Shown here piece by piece: positions 35,008-44,702 of a DNA stretch of 64,000 nt. Made by a program: the position numbers and the translations under genes. The notes beneath the pieces were generated by a model. It was given only the letters and a program-made list of their open reading frames with translations. It made no database searches and had not been told where the DNA came from. How positions within the stretch are numbered: the stretch's first letter is position 1; the number at the start of each line of letters is the position of its first letter. Source of the DNA: Dehalococcoidia bacterium (GTDB taxonomy: Bacteria; Chloroflexota; Dehalococcoidia; DSTF01; RBG-16-68-14); the NCBI GenBank assembly GCA_040882355.1, contig JBBEBM010000004.1, positions 112,482 to 176,481 on the forward strand. The letters run 5' to 3'.

Positions 35008-36561
35008 ATGGTCTGTCGTTTGAGGCTCTCAGCGTTCGTAGTGCTGCTCGCCCTGGTCGCGGGCTGCGGCTGGGGCGGCTCGTCGCCCAGCGCGACGCCG
35101 ACGCCCACGGTCACGCCCACCCCAACGGTCACGCCTACGCCGACGCCGCTGCCGCAAGACCGATACGAGGCTGCAGACTGTCCATTCGAGGTGGCGGAGG
35201 ATCGCACGGTCGAGTGCGGCTACCTGAGTGTGGCGGAGAGCAGGTTGAAACCTAACACTCGCAGCATCCGTCTGGCCGTCGCGGTTGTGAAGAGCGGGAG
35301 CGAGGCGCCAAAGCCGGACCCTGTCGTCTTCCTAAGCGGCGGGCCCGGAGGCAGCGTTATCCAGGTTGCGGGTGCCGAGCTCGGAGATCTCTTGGGTCCG
35401 CTCGCGGAGGAACGAGACCTGGTTCTCCTTGACCAGCGCGGCGTGGGGAAGTCCGAGCCGGCTTTGGAGTGTCCAGAGTTCATGGACGCGCTTCGATCTG
35501 GCATCATGGCAGGGCTGCTCGCGGCCTCGCTTGGTGAGCGGACAGTCGGCCCGCTGGCGGCCTGCCATGATCGGCTCGTGCGCGAGGGAGCAGACCTGAC
35601 CGGCTACACGAGCGCTGAGAGCGCAGCCGACCTCAACGACTTGCGGATCGCTCTGGGATATGACGAGTGGAACCTGTTCGGAGGTTCCTACGGCACAAGG
35701 CTCGCCCTCACAGCCATGCGTGACCTACCCGAAGGAATACGCAGTGTGATACTCGACTCGACGTATCCAATCGAGAGCGACCTTTACAGCGAAGTGCCTT
35801 CCAATGCCCGCCGATCGTTCGATGTCCTCTTCAATGGCTGTCGCCAGGATCCGGAGTGCAACGCGAGGTGGCCGAATCTTGAGCGAGCCTTCTTTGATGT
35901 GATCCGGCGACTCAATGAGCAGCCGCCCACCGTTTCCATTCGTGACTACTCGACGGACGAAACAATAGATGTCCCGCTGACGGGCGATCTGGTTCTGTCG
36001 GGCTTCTTCCTGGCGCTCTACTCAAAGGAGTGGATCCCAACGCTTCCGTACCTCATCGCTCAGGCGGAAGAAGATCCCGAGCAAGCCAAGCCGTTGGCGG
36101 AGTTCCTGCTCGCCATGAATGGTTCGATCAGCCTCGGGATGCATTATTCGGTGCAGTGCCAGGAGGAAGTGCCATTCACTTCCGCGGATCGTATCGCAGG
36201 GGCCGAGCAGGCTAACGAAGAGCTGCGTTTCCTGTCCGAGAGCGAGCCAATCTTCGCGCTCTGCGGACCCTGGAAAGGGGCGCCGCCTGACCCGAAGGAG
36301 AACCAGCCCGTGCGCAGCGACATCCCGACGCTGGTCCTGGCTGGCGAGTACGACCCGATCACGCCCCCGGCCTGGGGGCGGCTGGTCTCGGAGGACCTGA
36401 CGAACAGCTTCTTCTTCGAGTTCCCCGGCATCGGCCACGGCGCCAGCGGCGCTGACGCCTGCCCGCAGGGCATTACCCTCGCGTTCCTCCACGAGCCGGC
36501 TGTCTCGCCGGACTCGTCATGTATCGCGGAGATGCCGCCCCCGGACTTCCTTGTGCCCTAG
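35008..36561 (+). CDS. Alpha/beta-hydrolase S33 family peptidase lipoprotein, paralog 2
   Basis: Signal and lipobox LLALVAGCG, TP linker, GGPGGS, GGSYGTRLA, IGHGAS. Collinear with the preceding paralog. Confidence 0.8.
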   Translation: MVCRLRLSAFVVLLALVAGCGWGGSSPSATPTPTVTPTPTVTPTPTPLPQDRYEAADCPFEVAEDRTVECGYLSVAESRLKPNTRSIRLAVAVVKSGSEAPKPDPVVFLSGGPGGSVIQVAGAELGDLLGPLAEERDLVLLDQRGVGKSEPALECPEFMDALRSGIMAGLLAASLGERTVGPLAACHDRLVREGADLTGYTSAESAADLNDLRIALGYDEWNLFGGSYGTRLALTAMRDLPEGIRSVILDSTYPIESDLYSEVPSNARRSFDVLFNGCRQDPECNARWPNLERAFFDVIRRLNEQPPTVSIRDYSTDETIDVPLTGDLVLSGFFLALYSKEWIPTLPYLIAQAEEDPEQAKPLAEFLLAMNGSISLGMHYSVQCQEEVPFTSADRIAGAEQANEELRFLSESEPIFALCGPWKGAPPDPKENQPVRSDIPTLVLAGEYDPITPPAWGRLVSEDLTNSFFFEFPGIGHGASGADACPQGITLAFLHEPAVSPDSSCIAEMPPPDFLVP

Positions 36562-36574
36562 CCGGCACGCAGAA

Positions 36575-36620
36575 GCCCGCGTCGAGTGGCTGGTGGCGTG
36601 GACCCCGACGCGGGCCTTTC
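36575..36620 (+). terminator. Putative stem-loop terminator downstream of the S33 peptidase gene
   Basis: 10-bp perfect inverted repeat gcccgcgtcg / cgacgcgggc (36575-36584 and 36606-36615), followed by ctttc. Confidence 0.3.
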
Positions 36621-36729
36621 GCAGGAGTGAGTCTCGGTAGGAGGTTTTGACTCGCGACCCTGCGCCCGTACAGTAGCAGCGCAGCCGCCGGTGATCTATG
36701 AAGTCGATCACAGATGCGGACCGGGCGGG

Positions 36730-37548
36730 CTATTGCTTGATGGTCGGGATCGCATTCACCGCCTCGTCGGACAGTGGCTGGGTCTCCTTGTCCAGGATGC
36801 CGGCGTCGCGGAGCTGACGGAGCACCTCCTGGTTCGGGATCAGCCACTTTTGGACTCCGTTTGTGGCGTATGTGTAGTCTTTCGATCCCTTGATCACTTT
36901 GAGCGGCATCTCATCCTCCTCCGATCGCCTGAGGCCCTCGAGCCAGTCCAGGTCGACCACGTTCCTGTCCACAAACTGCCCGCAGCGGTTCTCACCGCCC
37001 GTGTACTGCTCGACCGCAATGCCGGCGACCGCCCAGCCGCCGAACAGCAGCCGGTTGTCGACATCCGGCTCGCCGTCCCAGCTCGCGCGGTGAAGCTTCA
37101 CTCCGCGCGCCGCCAGCCTCGTGTCGTTTCGTGGGGTGATGAAGCTGGTCCACGCCTGGTAGTTCGCGTAGATCAGCGCGGTGGTACCCAGGCGCTGGAC
37201 CGCTTCGATGGCCGGTATCACGACACGGTCCACTGAGACGTCCGGGACCTCCACGTCCACGTCGGCGAAGTCGAGCCGGGCCCAGACCTCGTCGGGCACC
37301 CCCTCCCGCGCCATACCCACGTAGTCGCGCTCGCGGGACCCGACCACGATGTAGGCCGCCGTGCGGAGCCCCTCCGCGTGCGCGTTCACAAGGCTCTGGA
37401 CCCGCTGCTGTGGCTTGTCGGGGCCCGAGCGTGGGAGCGCGAGCAGGCACTGGATGTACAGGTCGACGCCCTTCTGGCGGAGACACAGGGCCTCCTCCCG
37501 CGTAAGCAAGTCGTACGAGCTATCGACCGCGTGACCCCAGCGAACCAT
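36730..37548 (-). CDS. DUF1906 / GH25-like glycoside-hydrolase-like protein (Rv2525c family), possible muramidase
   Basis: N-terminal WGHAVDSSY....G.DLYIQ and a C-terminal EQYTGGENRCGQFVDRNVVD that resembles the WQYT...G..vDlN block of GH25/GHL domains. The C-terminal ~50 aa and the 3' end of the gene are markedly low-GC. Confidence 0.55.
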   Translation of the reverse strand: MVRWGHAVDSSYDLLTREEALCLRQKGVDLYIQCLLALPRSGPDKPQQRVQSLVNAHAEGLRTAAYIVVGSRERDYVGMAREGVPDEVWARLDFADVDVEVPDVSVDRVVIPAIEAVQRLGTTALIYANYQAWTSFITPRNDTRLAARGVKLHRASWDGEPDVDNRLLFGGWAVAGIAVEQYTGGENRCGQFVDRNVVDLDWLEGLRRSEEDEMPLKVIKGSKDYTYATNGVQKWLIPNQEVLRQLRDAGILDKETQPLSDEAVNAIPTIKQ

Positions 37549-37658
37549 CAGTTACCTCCTCCGCCTAGGCAAGCGGGCGCTACGCGTCCGCCGCCAATCG
37601 GCCTCTCCACCGGCTGCCGCTCTTGTGGCGCGGCGAGCATAGCACAGGCCGAAACGAT

Positions 37659-39200
37659 CTACAAGGGGATGTTGCCGTGCTTCTTGGCCGGCATGCTGTC
37701 CGACTTGTTTCGCAACATCTCCAGCGCGCGGATCACCTTCACGCGCGTCTCTCGCGGGTCAATCACATCATCGATGTAGCCGCGTGACGCGGCGACGTAC
37801 GGGTTCGCGAATTGCTCCTTGTAGTCCGCGATGAGCTGCTGACGCGTCGCCTCCACGTCCTTCGCCTTCTCCAGCTCGCGCCGGTAGATGATGTTCACCG
37901 CGGCATCGGGCCCCATCACCGCGATCTCCGCCATCGGCCAGGCGTAGTTCACGTCGGCGCGCAGGTGCTTCGAACCCATTGCGTCGTAGGCGCCGCCGTA
38001 GGCCTTACGCACGATGATCGTCACCTTCGGCACGGTCGCCTCCGAGTAAGCGTAGACGAGCTTCGCGCCGTGCATGATGATCCCGCCGTACTCCTGGGAT
38101 GTGCCGGGCAGGTAGCCGGACGTGTCGACGAAGGTCACGATCGGGATGTTGAAGGCGTCGCAGAATCGAACGAAGCGCGAGGCTTTGCGCGAGGAGTCGA
38201 TATCCAGCACGCCGGCGAGGTAGGCCGGCTGATTGCCGACGATGCCCACGGTCCGCCCGGCCAGCCGCGCCACGCCGACGATCATGTTCTGCGCGTAGTG
38301 CTCGTGCACCTCCATGAAGTCACCGGCGTCGACGACACGGTAGATCACCTCGCGCATGTCGTACGGCCGGCTGGGGTCGTCCGGGATGATGCGCAGCATG
38401 TCTTCGTCATGGCGCGTGGGATCGTCGCCCGTTTCCATTAGGGGCGGGTCTTCCATGTTGTTCGAGGGCAGGAACGAGAGCAGCCGGCGCACCTCCTGGA
38501 GGCACTCCTCCTCTCCCTCGATGGCGAAGTGGCAGACGCCGCTGCGCGTCGCGTGGATCATCGCGCCGCCCAGCTCCTCATGCTCCAGGTCCTCGCCCGT
38601 CACCGCTTTCACGACGTCGGGCCCGGTGATGTACATGTATGCGGCCTTGGTCATGAAGACGAAGTCGGTCAGCGCTGGCGAGTACACCGCGCCGCCGGCC
38701 GCCGGCCCCATCACCACTGAGATCTGGGGCACGACGCCGGACGCGAGCACGTTACCGAGGAAGATGTCGCCGTAGCTGGCGAGGGAATCGACGCCTTCTT
38801 GCACGCGGGCGCCGCCGCCGTCGTTCAGCCCGACGACAGGCGCGCCGTTCTTCATCGCCAGGTCCATGATCTTGACGATCTTGTCGCCCATCGGCTCGGA
38901 CAGAGAACCGCCGACGACGGTGAAGTCCTGCGAGAAGACGTAGACGGGCCGGCCCTCGATCTTGCCCCAGCCGGTGACGACGGCCTCGCTCTGGACGCCC
39001 GCCTTGTCGAACTCGGTGCCGGCGAGCAGCACGAGCTGGTCGAGCTCCTCGAACGTCCCGTCATCGAGCAGAAGGTGGATGCGCTCGCGCGCCGTGAGCT
39101 TGCCGCGCTCGTGCTGAGCATCGACGCGCGCCTGCCCTCCGGCGAGCCTGACCTGCTCGCGCAGGCTTTGGAGCTGTTCGAGCCGTTGTTCGTTGGACAT
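37659..39200 (-). CDS. pccB: Acyl-CoA carboxylase carboxyltransferase beta subunit (propionyl-CoA carboxylase PccB / methylmalonyl-CoA carboxyltransferase family)
   Basis: 513 aa. Two carboxyltransferase (crotonase-fold) halves, and an N-terminal LTARERIHLLLDDGTFEE that is typical of PccB/AccD5. Confidence 0.9.
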   Translation of the reverse strand: MSNEQRLEQLQSLREQVRLAGGQARVDAQHERGKLTARERIHLLLDDGTFEELDQLVLLAGTEFDKAGVQSEAVVTGWGKIEGRPVYVFSQDFTVVGGSLSEPMGDKIVKIMDLAMKNGAPVVGLNDGGGARVQEGVDSLASYGDIFLGNVLASGVVPQISVVMGPAAGGAVYSPALTDFVFMTKAAYMYITGPDVVKAVTGEDLEHEELGGAMIHATRSGVCHFAIEGEEECLQEVRRLLSFLPSNNMEDPPLMETGDDPTRHDEDMLRIIPDDPSRPYDMREVIYRVVDAGDFMEVHEHYAQNMIVGVARLAGRTVGIVGNQPAYLAGVLDIDSSRKASRFVRFCDAFNIPIVTFVDTSGYLPGTSQEYGGIIMHGAKLVYAYSEATVPKVTIIVRKAYGGAYDAMGSKHLRADVNYAWPMAEIAVMGPDAAVNIIYRRELEKAKDVEATRQQLIADYKEQFANPYVAASRGYIDDVIDPRETRVKVIRALEMLRNKSDSMPAKKHGNIPL

Positions 39201-39349
39201 GGGGAATTACCTCGGTCTCGCATGAAGCCCGGCCCGCCCGATGCATCGGGACCGAGCCGGGCTTGTAGGTTTCCGGACGTGAACGGCGGTAGGCCCGCCC
39301 TTCACAGCGCCCAATGCTAGCACAGGCCCTGTACCGGCGCAAACACTCG

Positions 39350-39979
39350 TCAGGGCTCCGGCGTCTCGCTTGGAGCTGGTGCCGGGATGATCAGCTCGTC
39401 GCCCACGGAGAGCGTTCGCAGGTCGTCGATCGTCGTGTTGTTCGCCTCGGCCAGCTCCGCCGTCGTGATGCCGAAGCGCTCGGCGATGAGAGCGGCCACG
39501 TCTCCCGACTGGACCCGGTAGATCGTCTCCTCGCTGGGTTCGGGCGTGTCACTCGGCTCGACCGTGGCGCCGGCGACGTCCTGGTCGGGAGTCGCCTGGA
39601 GGCCCGGGATAGTTAGCACCTGGCCGACGAAGAGGCTGGTCGGGTCATCGATGTTGTTCGCCTCGACTAGTGCGTCCACCGTGGTGCCGAAGCGCCTGGC
39701 GATGGAGTCGAGGTTGTCGCCGCGCTCAACGGTGTAGCTGTCCCCCTGGACGGGCAGGTCGGAGCCGCCGAGAATGCGCGGCTCGGGCAGCGGGTTGGGC
39801 AGCGTGGCGGTCGGAACCGCGTTCGGATTGGAGGTGACCTCATCCTCGCCGCCGCCCCCTCCGCACGCGAAGGCGAGCACCGCGACGAGGGCGGCAAGCG
39901 AGAAGGATAGCGCTGCCAGGGGTCGTTGGGGACGCAAGATACCTCCGAAGGAGACGGGGTCGCCAGGATGGTACATCAA
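39350..39979 (-). CDS. LysM-repeat lipoprotein (two LysM domains)
   Basis: Signal peptide with lipobox AFAC. Two copies of the Y.V..GD.L..IA.....T...L...N ... L.VGQ.L.IP LysM pattern (YTVERGDNLDSIARRFG ... and YRVQSGDVAALIAERFG ...). Confidence 0.75.
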   Translation of the reverse strand: MMYHPGDPVSFGGILRPQRPLAALSFSLAALVAVLAFACGGGGGEDEVTSNPNAVPTATLPNPLPEPRILGGSDLPVQGDSYTVERGDNLDSIARRFGTTVDALVEANNIDDPTSLFVGQVLTIPGLQATPDQDVAGATVEPSDTPEPSEETIYRVQSGDVAALIAERFGITTAELAEANNTTIDDLRTLSVGDELIIPAPAPSETPEP

Positions 39980-40008
39980 GCCTGGGCGGCGGGCAAGGCG
40001 GGTCGCGG

Positions 40009-41115
40009 CTAGGGAGCCGCCGGGCCTAGGAGCAGCGCGAAGCCCAGCCTCGCGATCGGTTCGATGACGCCGGGCTCCAGGTTCGCGAAGTTGTCCGCCT
40101 GGGTGTGGATTGGCGCGAAGTCGTTGCTGGTGAAGAAGAGCGCCGGGATGCCCGCTTCGATGAAGCTGGCGTGGTCGCTGTTCGCGCCCTCCGGCAGCTC
40201 ACTGCGCCGGGCGCCGATGCCTCTGGCGTTGGCAGCGACGAGGGCCAGCTCGATCAGCTCGCCGCTCCCGACGAGTTCGATGGCGTCGCCGCCCGACGTG
40301 ACGTCGTAGTTGTACACGGTCGTTAGGGCGGCCCGCTCGGCCGCCGAGAGCTGAGCGATGAGGAAGGCGCTGCCGTTCAGGCCGATCTCCTCCGCGCCGA
40401 ACAGTGCGAAGCAGTGCCCGGAGAGGCCGGCCGACGCCGCGGCGCGCGCGAGCTCCAGCACCGTTGCAGCGCCCGAGGCGTTGTCGATGGCGCCGGCGGC
40501 CCACGGCACCGAGTCGTAGTGGCCGCCGCTCAGCGTCCGGCACGGTTCGGCCGGCGGCCGGGCGATGACGTTGCGCGAGGTCACGTCCTGCGTGGGTTCG
40601 ACGGTCACGGTCACCTCGATCGGGCCCTGGGCGAGCGCTGACCGTAGCGACTCACCTTCCGCCTGGTCGATGCCAGCCATCGGCAGCGCCGTCGGCGGGT
40701 CGACGAAGCCCAGGAAGCGCCCCGGCTCCCGGTTGGCGACGATCACGCCGACGGCGCCCGCCGCCTCAGCCCGTCGCGCCATGTCGCTGTGGGTGACGTC
40801 CTGCCGCTGGATCAGGACGACGGCGCCCGATGCGGCAGCCGGGAAGTCCCCGACGTGGCCCGCGCCCGCGTCGACCAGGCGTGCCGTCACCGTGCCCGCC
40901 GCGGCGTTGAGGAACGGCGACGCCTCGATCTCACGTCCGGCGGTGGTCACAGAAGCCTCGCGCAGCATCTCACTGCTGGCGGTGAACGGCTGGACCTCGA
41001 CGTCGTAGCCCCAGAGCTCGAACTGCTCGCGAGCGTAATCGGCGGCTGCCCCCTCCTCGGGCGAGCCGGCGGGCCGCTCGCCGATGTCGACCGAGAGCGC
41101 TTCGATGTGTTCCAT
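40009..41115 (-). CDS. M28 family Zn-aminopeptidase
   Basis: 368 aa. Conserved His/Asp/Glu Zn ligands in an M28 arrangement (HYDSV, GAIDNASG, GAEE, HT..D). Confidence 0.8.
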   Translation of the reverse strand: MEHIEALSVDIGERPAGSPEEGAAADYAREQFELWGYDVEVQPFTASSEMLREASVTTAGREIEASPFLNAAAGTVTARLVDAGAGHVGDFPAAASGAVVLIQRQDVTHSDMARRAEAAGAVGVIVANREPGRFLGFVDPPTALPMAGIDQAEGESLRSALAQGPIEVTVTVEPTQDVTSRNVIARPPAEPCRTLSGGHYDSVPWAAGAIDNASGAATVLELARAAASAGLSGHCFALFGAEEIGLNGSAFLIAQLSAAERAALTTVYNYDVTSGGDAIELVGSGELIELALVAANARGIGARRSELPEGANSDHASFIEAGIPALFFTSNDFAPIHTQADNFANLEPGVIEPIARLGFALLLGPAAP

Positions 41116-41305
41116 GATGCGCTCGAGCTGTGGCTCCGACGGCCCGAGGTCGACCGGGGTGGCCGTGGGCGTGGGCGCGGGCGTCGCAGTGGGTGTCGGC
41201 GTGGAAGCGCCGCCGCCGGTGCAAGCGATGAGCAGCGCGGCGATGAGCGCCGCGGCCGCGAGGAGCCAGCGTTGCCGGAAGTTCAGGGATGGACTCCGAG
41301 GGCCG

Positions 41306-41728
41306 CTAGCGCCGCTGCCCGAACTTGGCCTGCCACCAGGCGCGCAGCCGGTCGCCGAGCGTAGGTTGCTCCAACTCGATCGCGCGGTCGCGCCAGTATC
41401 TCGTCTCCACCCTCGCCGGGCTGCCGCGCACGAAGAAGGAGAGGCCGAACGACGTGAAGAACAGTATCAGCCCGGCGATCAGCATCCAGCGGGCGAAGTC
41501 AGGCTCCACCTTCATGAAGAAGAACGAGAGCACGGTCAGCGCGAGCGCCGTGAGCATCACCTGGCGAAGCGAGATGCGGGCGAGCGGACCCAGCAGGGCA
41601 CGACCGAAGCCGGAGGCGGCGCTCGATGACCGGCGGCGCACACGGCTGGTCACACCCTCCTCCGGCACGAAATCGTCGAGCCGGTTGAGGATGTCCTCGA
41701 TCTCACGCTGGAGTTTGTCTTCGGGCAT
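41306..41728 (-). CDS. Small membrane protein of unknown function (2 TM)
   Basis: 140-aa ORF with two clear hydrophobic helices and good codon usage. Confidence 0.45.
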   Translation of the reverse strand: MPEDKLQREIEDILNRLDDFVPEEGVTSRVRRRSSSAASGFGRALLGPLARISLRQVMLTALALTVLSFFFMKVEPDFARWMLIAGLILFFTSFGLSFFVRGSPARVETRYWRDRAIELEQPTLGDRLRAWWQAKFGQRR

Positions 41729-41850
41729 GGGACTGAGTACCGCCCCATTCTAACGAACGCGCCGCGAGATGGTAAGGGCAAGGACACGTTTCCGCCCTGC
41801 GTGTTAGCTCTCCTCGAGAGTGGCGAATCGAGCTGGCGGGGCGTCTCGCT

Positions 41851-42978
41851 CTAGCCGCGGCGCAGGCGCAGCGCGACGAAGCCCGCCGCGCCCAGAGCGA
41901 CCGCTCCCAGAGCGACCGCGCCCAGGGCGACCGCGGCCGCGAGCGCGCCGGCCAGCCACATCGTCGCGCTACCGCCGCTCGCCGCGCCGCCCTCGCCGGT
42001 CGTTGGCAGCGCGACGGTGGTCGTCGGCGCGGGCGCGGTTGCTGTCGGGGGCGGCGCGACCTGAAGCGCCTGCCAGTCAGGCGACTGCTCATCGAAGGCG
42101 CCGGCGGCGATGGGCGTGACGTCGCTGCCGTCCGCATTCATGACGAAGAGATCGATCTGGACGTTGACATCGCGCGCGAAGACGATCTTCGTGCCGTCCG
42201 GCGACCACGCAGGCTTGGCCTGCAGTCCGGGGTGGTCCGTGAGCTGAGTGACGTTGGAGCCGTCCGCATTCATGACGTAGATGTCCGCCGGGTTAGCGAT
42301 CTGGCTGCTCACGAAGACGATCTGCGAGCTGTCCGGCGACCAGTCCGCGTTCCAGTCGATGCCGTCGCTTACGGTGAGGCGAGTCTGGTCGCTGCCATCG
42401 GGGTTCATCGTGTAGACCTCGTAGTTGCCCGCGGCGTCGCGATTCGTGGTGAAGGCGATCTTCGTCCCGTCCGGCGACCAGGCGGGCTCGCCGTCGCTCG
42501 CCGGGTTGTCCGTGAGCTGCGTGACACCGGATCCGTCGGCGTTCATGACGAAGACCTCTTGATCGCCGTCGCGCCCGCTGTCGAAGACGATCTTCGTGCC
42601 GTCGGGCGACCAGGCCGGGCTGGAGTTGTCGGTGGCGGGGTCGTTCGTGAGGTTCGTCTCGCCGCTGCCGTCGGCGTTGATCACCTTCACGTCGGAGCCG
42701 GCGAGGCCGCTGCTGGCGAACGCGACCTTCGTGCTGTCCGCCGACCAGGATGCGAAAGTCTCGTCCGCGTTCGGGTCGCTGGTGAGCTGCGTCACGCCGC
42801 TGCCGTCCGGCTCCATCACATAGAGATCGTTCGTTCCGCCACCGCTGTCGGAGAAGGCAATCTTGCCGTTCTCGCCGGGAAAGACGCTCTCCACCGGCTG
42901 CGTCGCCGCCAGCAGTCCAGTCACGACCGCCACGCCGACGACAGCCAGCGCGGTTGCGAGTAGCCTGGTTCTCATCAC
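41851..42978 (-). CDS. TolB-like beta-propeller (PD40/WD40-like repeats) surface protein with LPXTG sortase signal
   Basis: Signal peptide. About 7 repeats of the form ADGSGVTQLTDNPA.D..PAWSPDGTKIVF. C-terminal LPTTGEGG, a hydrophobic segment, then RLRRG. Confidence 0.8.
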   Translation of the reverse strand: MMRTRLLATALAVVGVAVVTGLLAATQPVESVFPGENGKIAFSDSGGGTNDLYVMEPDGSGVTQLTSDPNADETFASWSADSTKVAFASSGLAGSDVKVINADGSGETNLTNDPATDNSSPAWSPDGTKIVFDSGRDGDQEVFVMNADGSGVTQLTDNPASDGEPAWSPDGTKIAFTTNRDAAGNYEVYTMNPDGSDQTRLTVSDGIDWNADWSPDSSQIVFVSSQIANPADIYVMNADGSNVTQLTDHPGLQAKPAWSPDGTKIVFARDVNVQIDLFVMNADGSDVTPIAAGAFDEQSPDWQALQVAPPPTATAPAPTTTVALPTTGEGGAASGGSATMWLAGALAAAVALGAVALGAVALGAAGFVALRLRRG

Positions 42979-43079
42979 GGCCTCCTTGCTCCGACCCCTG
43001 TAGCAAGAGTATCCGCTGTCTCAGGTAGGCGCCACTGATTGCTGGCTAAGGCCTGCCTTCGCTGGTGCGCCGTTCGCGC

Positions 43080-44702
43080 TCAGGTCCTGCGCCGCCTACC
43101 CCACCCGCCGCCGCCCGGCGTCTCGATGCGTAGGCGCGCGCCCGCGGGCACCGAGAGCTGCGTCTTCGACGGCAGGCGGCGCTTTCGACGACCGGGCCCC
43201 GTGAGCGTGTCGCGGCCGGGCGCGCCGGGCGACCCGCCGCGCAGGCCCCACGGCCCGCGTCGACGGCGCTCGGTGACGAGCGTGAGGTCGGCGGGCGCGA
43301 GGAACTCGTACTCGCGAGCGAGGCCGTCACCGCCGCGGTGCCGCCCTTCGCCGCCCGTGCGCCGCCGGATCGAGTACTCGCGCACGCGGAACGGGTAGGT
43401 CAGCTCCAGCGCCTCGACCGGCGTGTTCAGGGTGTTCGTCATGTGCGTGTGCAGCGCCGACAGGCCCTCGCGCTCCGGCCCCGCGCCCGCTCCACCCCCC
43501 AGCGTCTCGTAGTAGGCGAAGGGGCGGCCGCGCTCGGGGTCCCAGCCGCCGATGGTGACGTTGTTCATCGTGCCCGCGCTCGCCGCCGGTATCTGTTTTG
43601 GCAGCGCCTGAGCGAGCGCGCCCAGGACGACGTCGACGATGCGCTGCGATGTCTCGACGTTGCCCGCTGAGACAGCGCGTGGCGGGCTTGCGTTGACCAC
43701 GCTCCGTTCGGGCAGGGTGAAGGCGATCGGGCGCAGGCAGCCGTCGTTCGTCGGCGCGTCTTCGTCGAGTAGGCAGCGCGCGACGTAGTAAACGGCCGAG
43801 CGCGTGACGGCCGCTACGGCGTTCACCGAGCTCGGCCGCTCCGGCGCGCTGCCGGTGAAGTCGAAGTGGAGACGGTCGCGGCGCACCGTGAGGGCGAGGC
43901 GGATCGACACTCGTTCGTCGCTGACGCCGTCATCGTCCAGGGCGTCCTCGAAGACGTAGGTGCCGCGCGGGATGCGGGCGATCGCGGCGCGAGTGAGGCG
44001 TTCCGCGTAATCGTGGAGCGCTGCCATCTGCCGTTCGAGCTCGCGCCAGCCGTAGCGCTGCGCCAGCTCCAGCAGCCGGGCCTCGCCGGTGCGGTGCGCG
44101 GCGAGCTGGGCGTCGAGGTCGCCCTGGCGCTCCTCCGGTGTGCGCACGTTGCGCAGCAGCAGCGTGAGCAGCTCGTCGTTGCGCCGGCCGCGCCGGTAGA
44201 GGCGGACCGGCGGGATGATCACGCCCTCCTGGTAGAGCTCGCTCGCGAGCGGCATCGAGCCGGGCGCCATGCCGCCGACGTCGGCGTGGTGGGCGCGGCT
44301 GACGACGAAGCCGAGCAGCGCGTGGCGGCCGTCCGCCTGCGGCGGAGGCTGGAACACGGGCGAGACGAGGGTGATGTCCGGCAGGTGGGTGCCGCCCAGG
44401 TACGGGTCGTTCAGGATCACGACGTCGCCCGGCGCGAACGGCGCCAGCGGCAGCGTCGCCTCGACCGAGAGCGGCATCGAGCCCAGGTGGACCGGGATGT
44501 GCGCCGCCTGCGCGACGAGCTTGCCCTGCGCGTCGAAGACGGCGCACGAGTAGTCGCGGCGCTCCTTGATGTTCGGCGAGTGCGCGGTGCGCCCCAGCGT
44601 CACGCCCATCTCCTCGGCCACCGACGCGAACAGCGCGTCGAACACCGCGAGTGCCGTCGGGTCGGGCGGCCGCCCTGAGCCTGGCGAAGGGCGGCGCGTC
44701 AT
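43080..44702 (-). CDS. hyuB: Hydantoinase B / 5-oxoprolinase subunit (HyuB/OplB family)
   Basis: 540 aa with the Hydantoinase_B family architecture. Operonic with hyuA. Confidence 0.85.
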   Translation of the reverse strand: MTRRPSPGSGRPPDPTALAVFDALFASVAEEMGVTLGRTAHSPNIKERRDYSCAVFDAQGKLVAQAAHIPVHLGSMPLSVEATLPLAPFAPGDVVILNDPYLGGTHLPDITLVSPVFQPPPQADGRHALLGFVVSRAHHADVGGMAPGSMPLASELYQEGVIIPPVRLYRRGRRNDELLTLLLRNVRTPEERQGDLDAQLAAHRTGEARLLELAQRYGWRELERQMAALHDYAERLTRAAIARIPRGTYVFEDALDDDGVSDERVSIRLALTVRRDRLHFDFTGSAPERPSSVNAVAAVTRSAVYYVARCLLDEDAPTNDGCLRPIAFTLPERSVVNASPPRAVSAGNVETSQRIVDVVLGALAQALPKQIPAASAGTMNNVTIGGWDPERGRPFAYYETLGGGAGAGPEREGLSALHTHMTNTLNTPVEALELTYPFRVREYSIRRRTGGEGRHRGGDGLAREYEFLAPADLTLVTERRRRGPWGLRGGSPGAPGRDTLTGPGRRKRRLPSKTQLSVPAGARLRIETPGGGGWGRRRRT

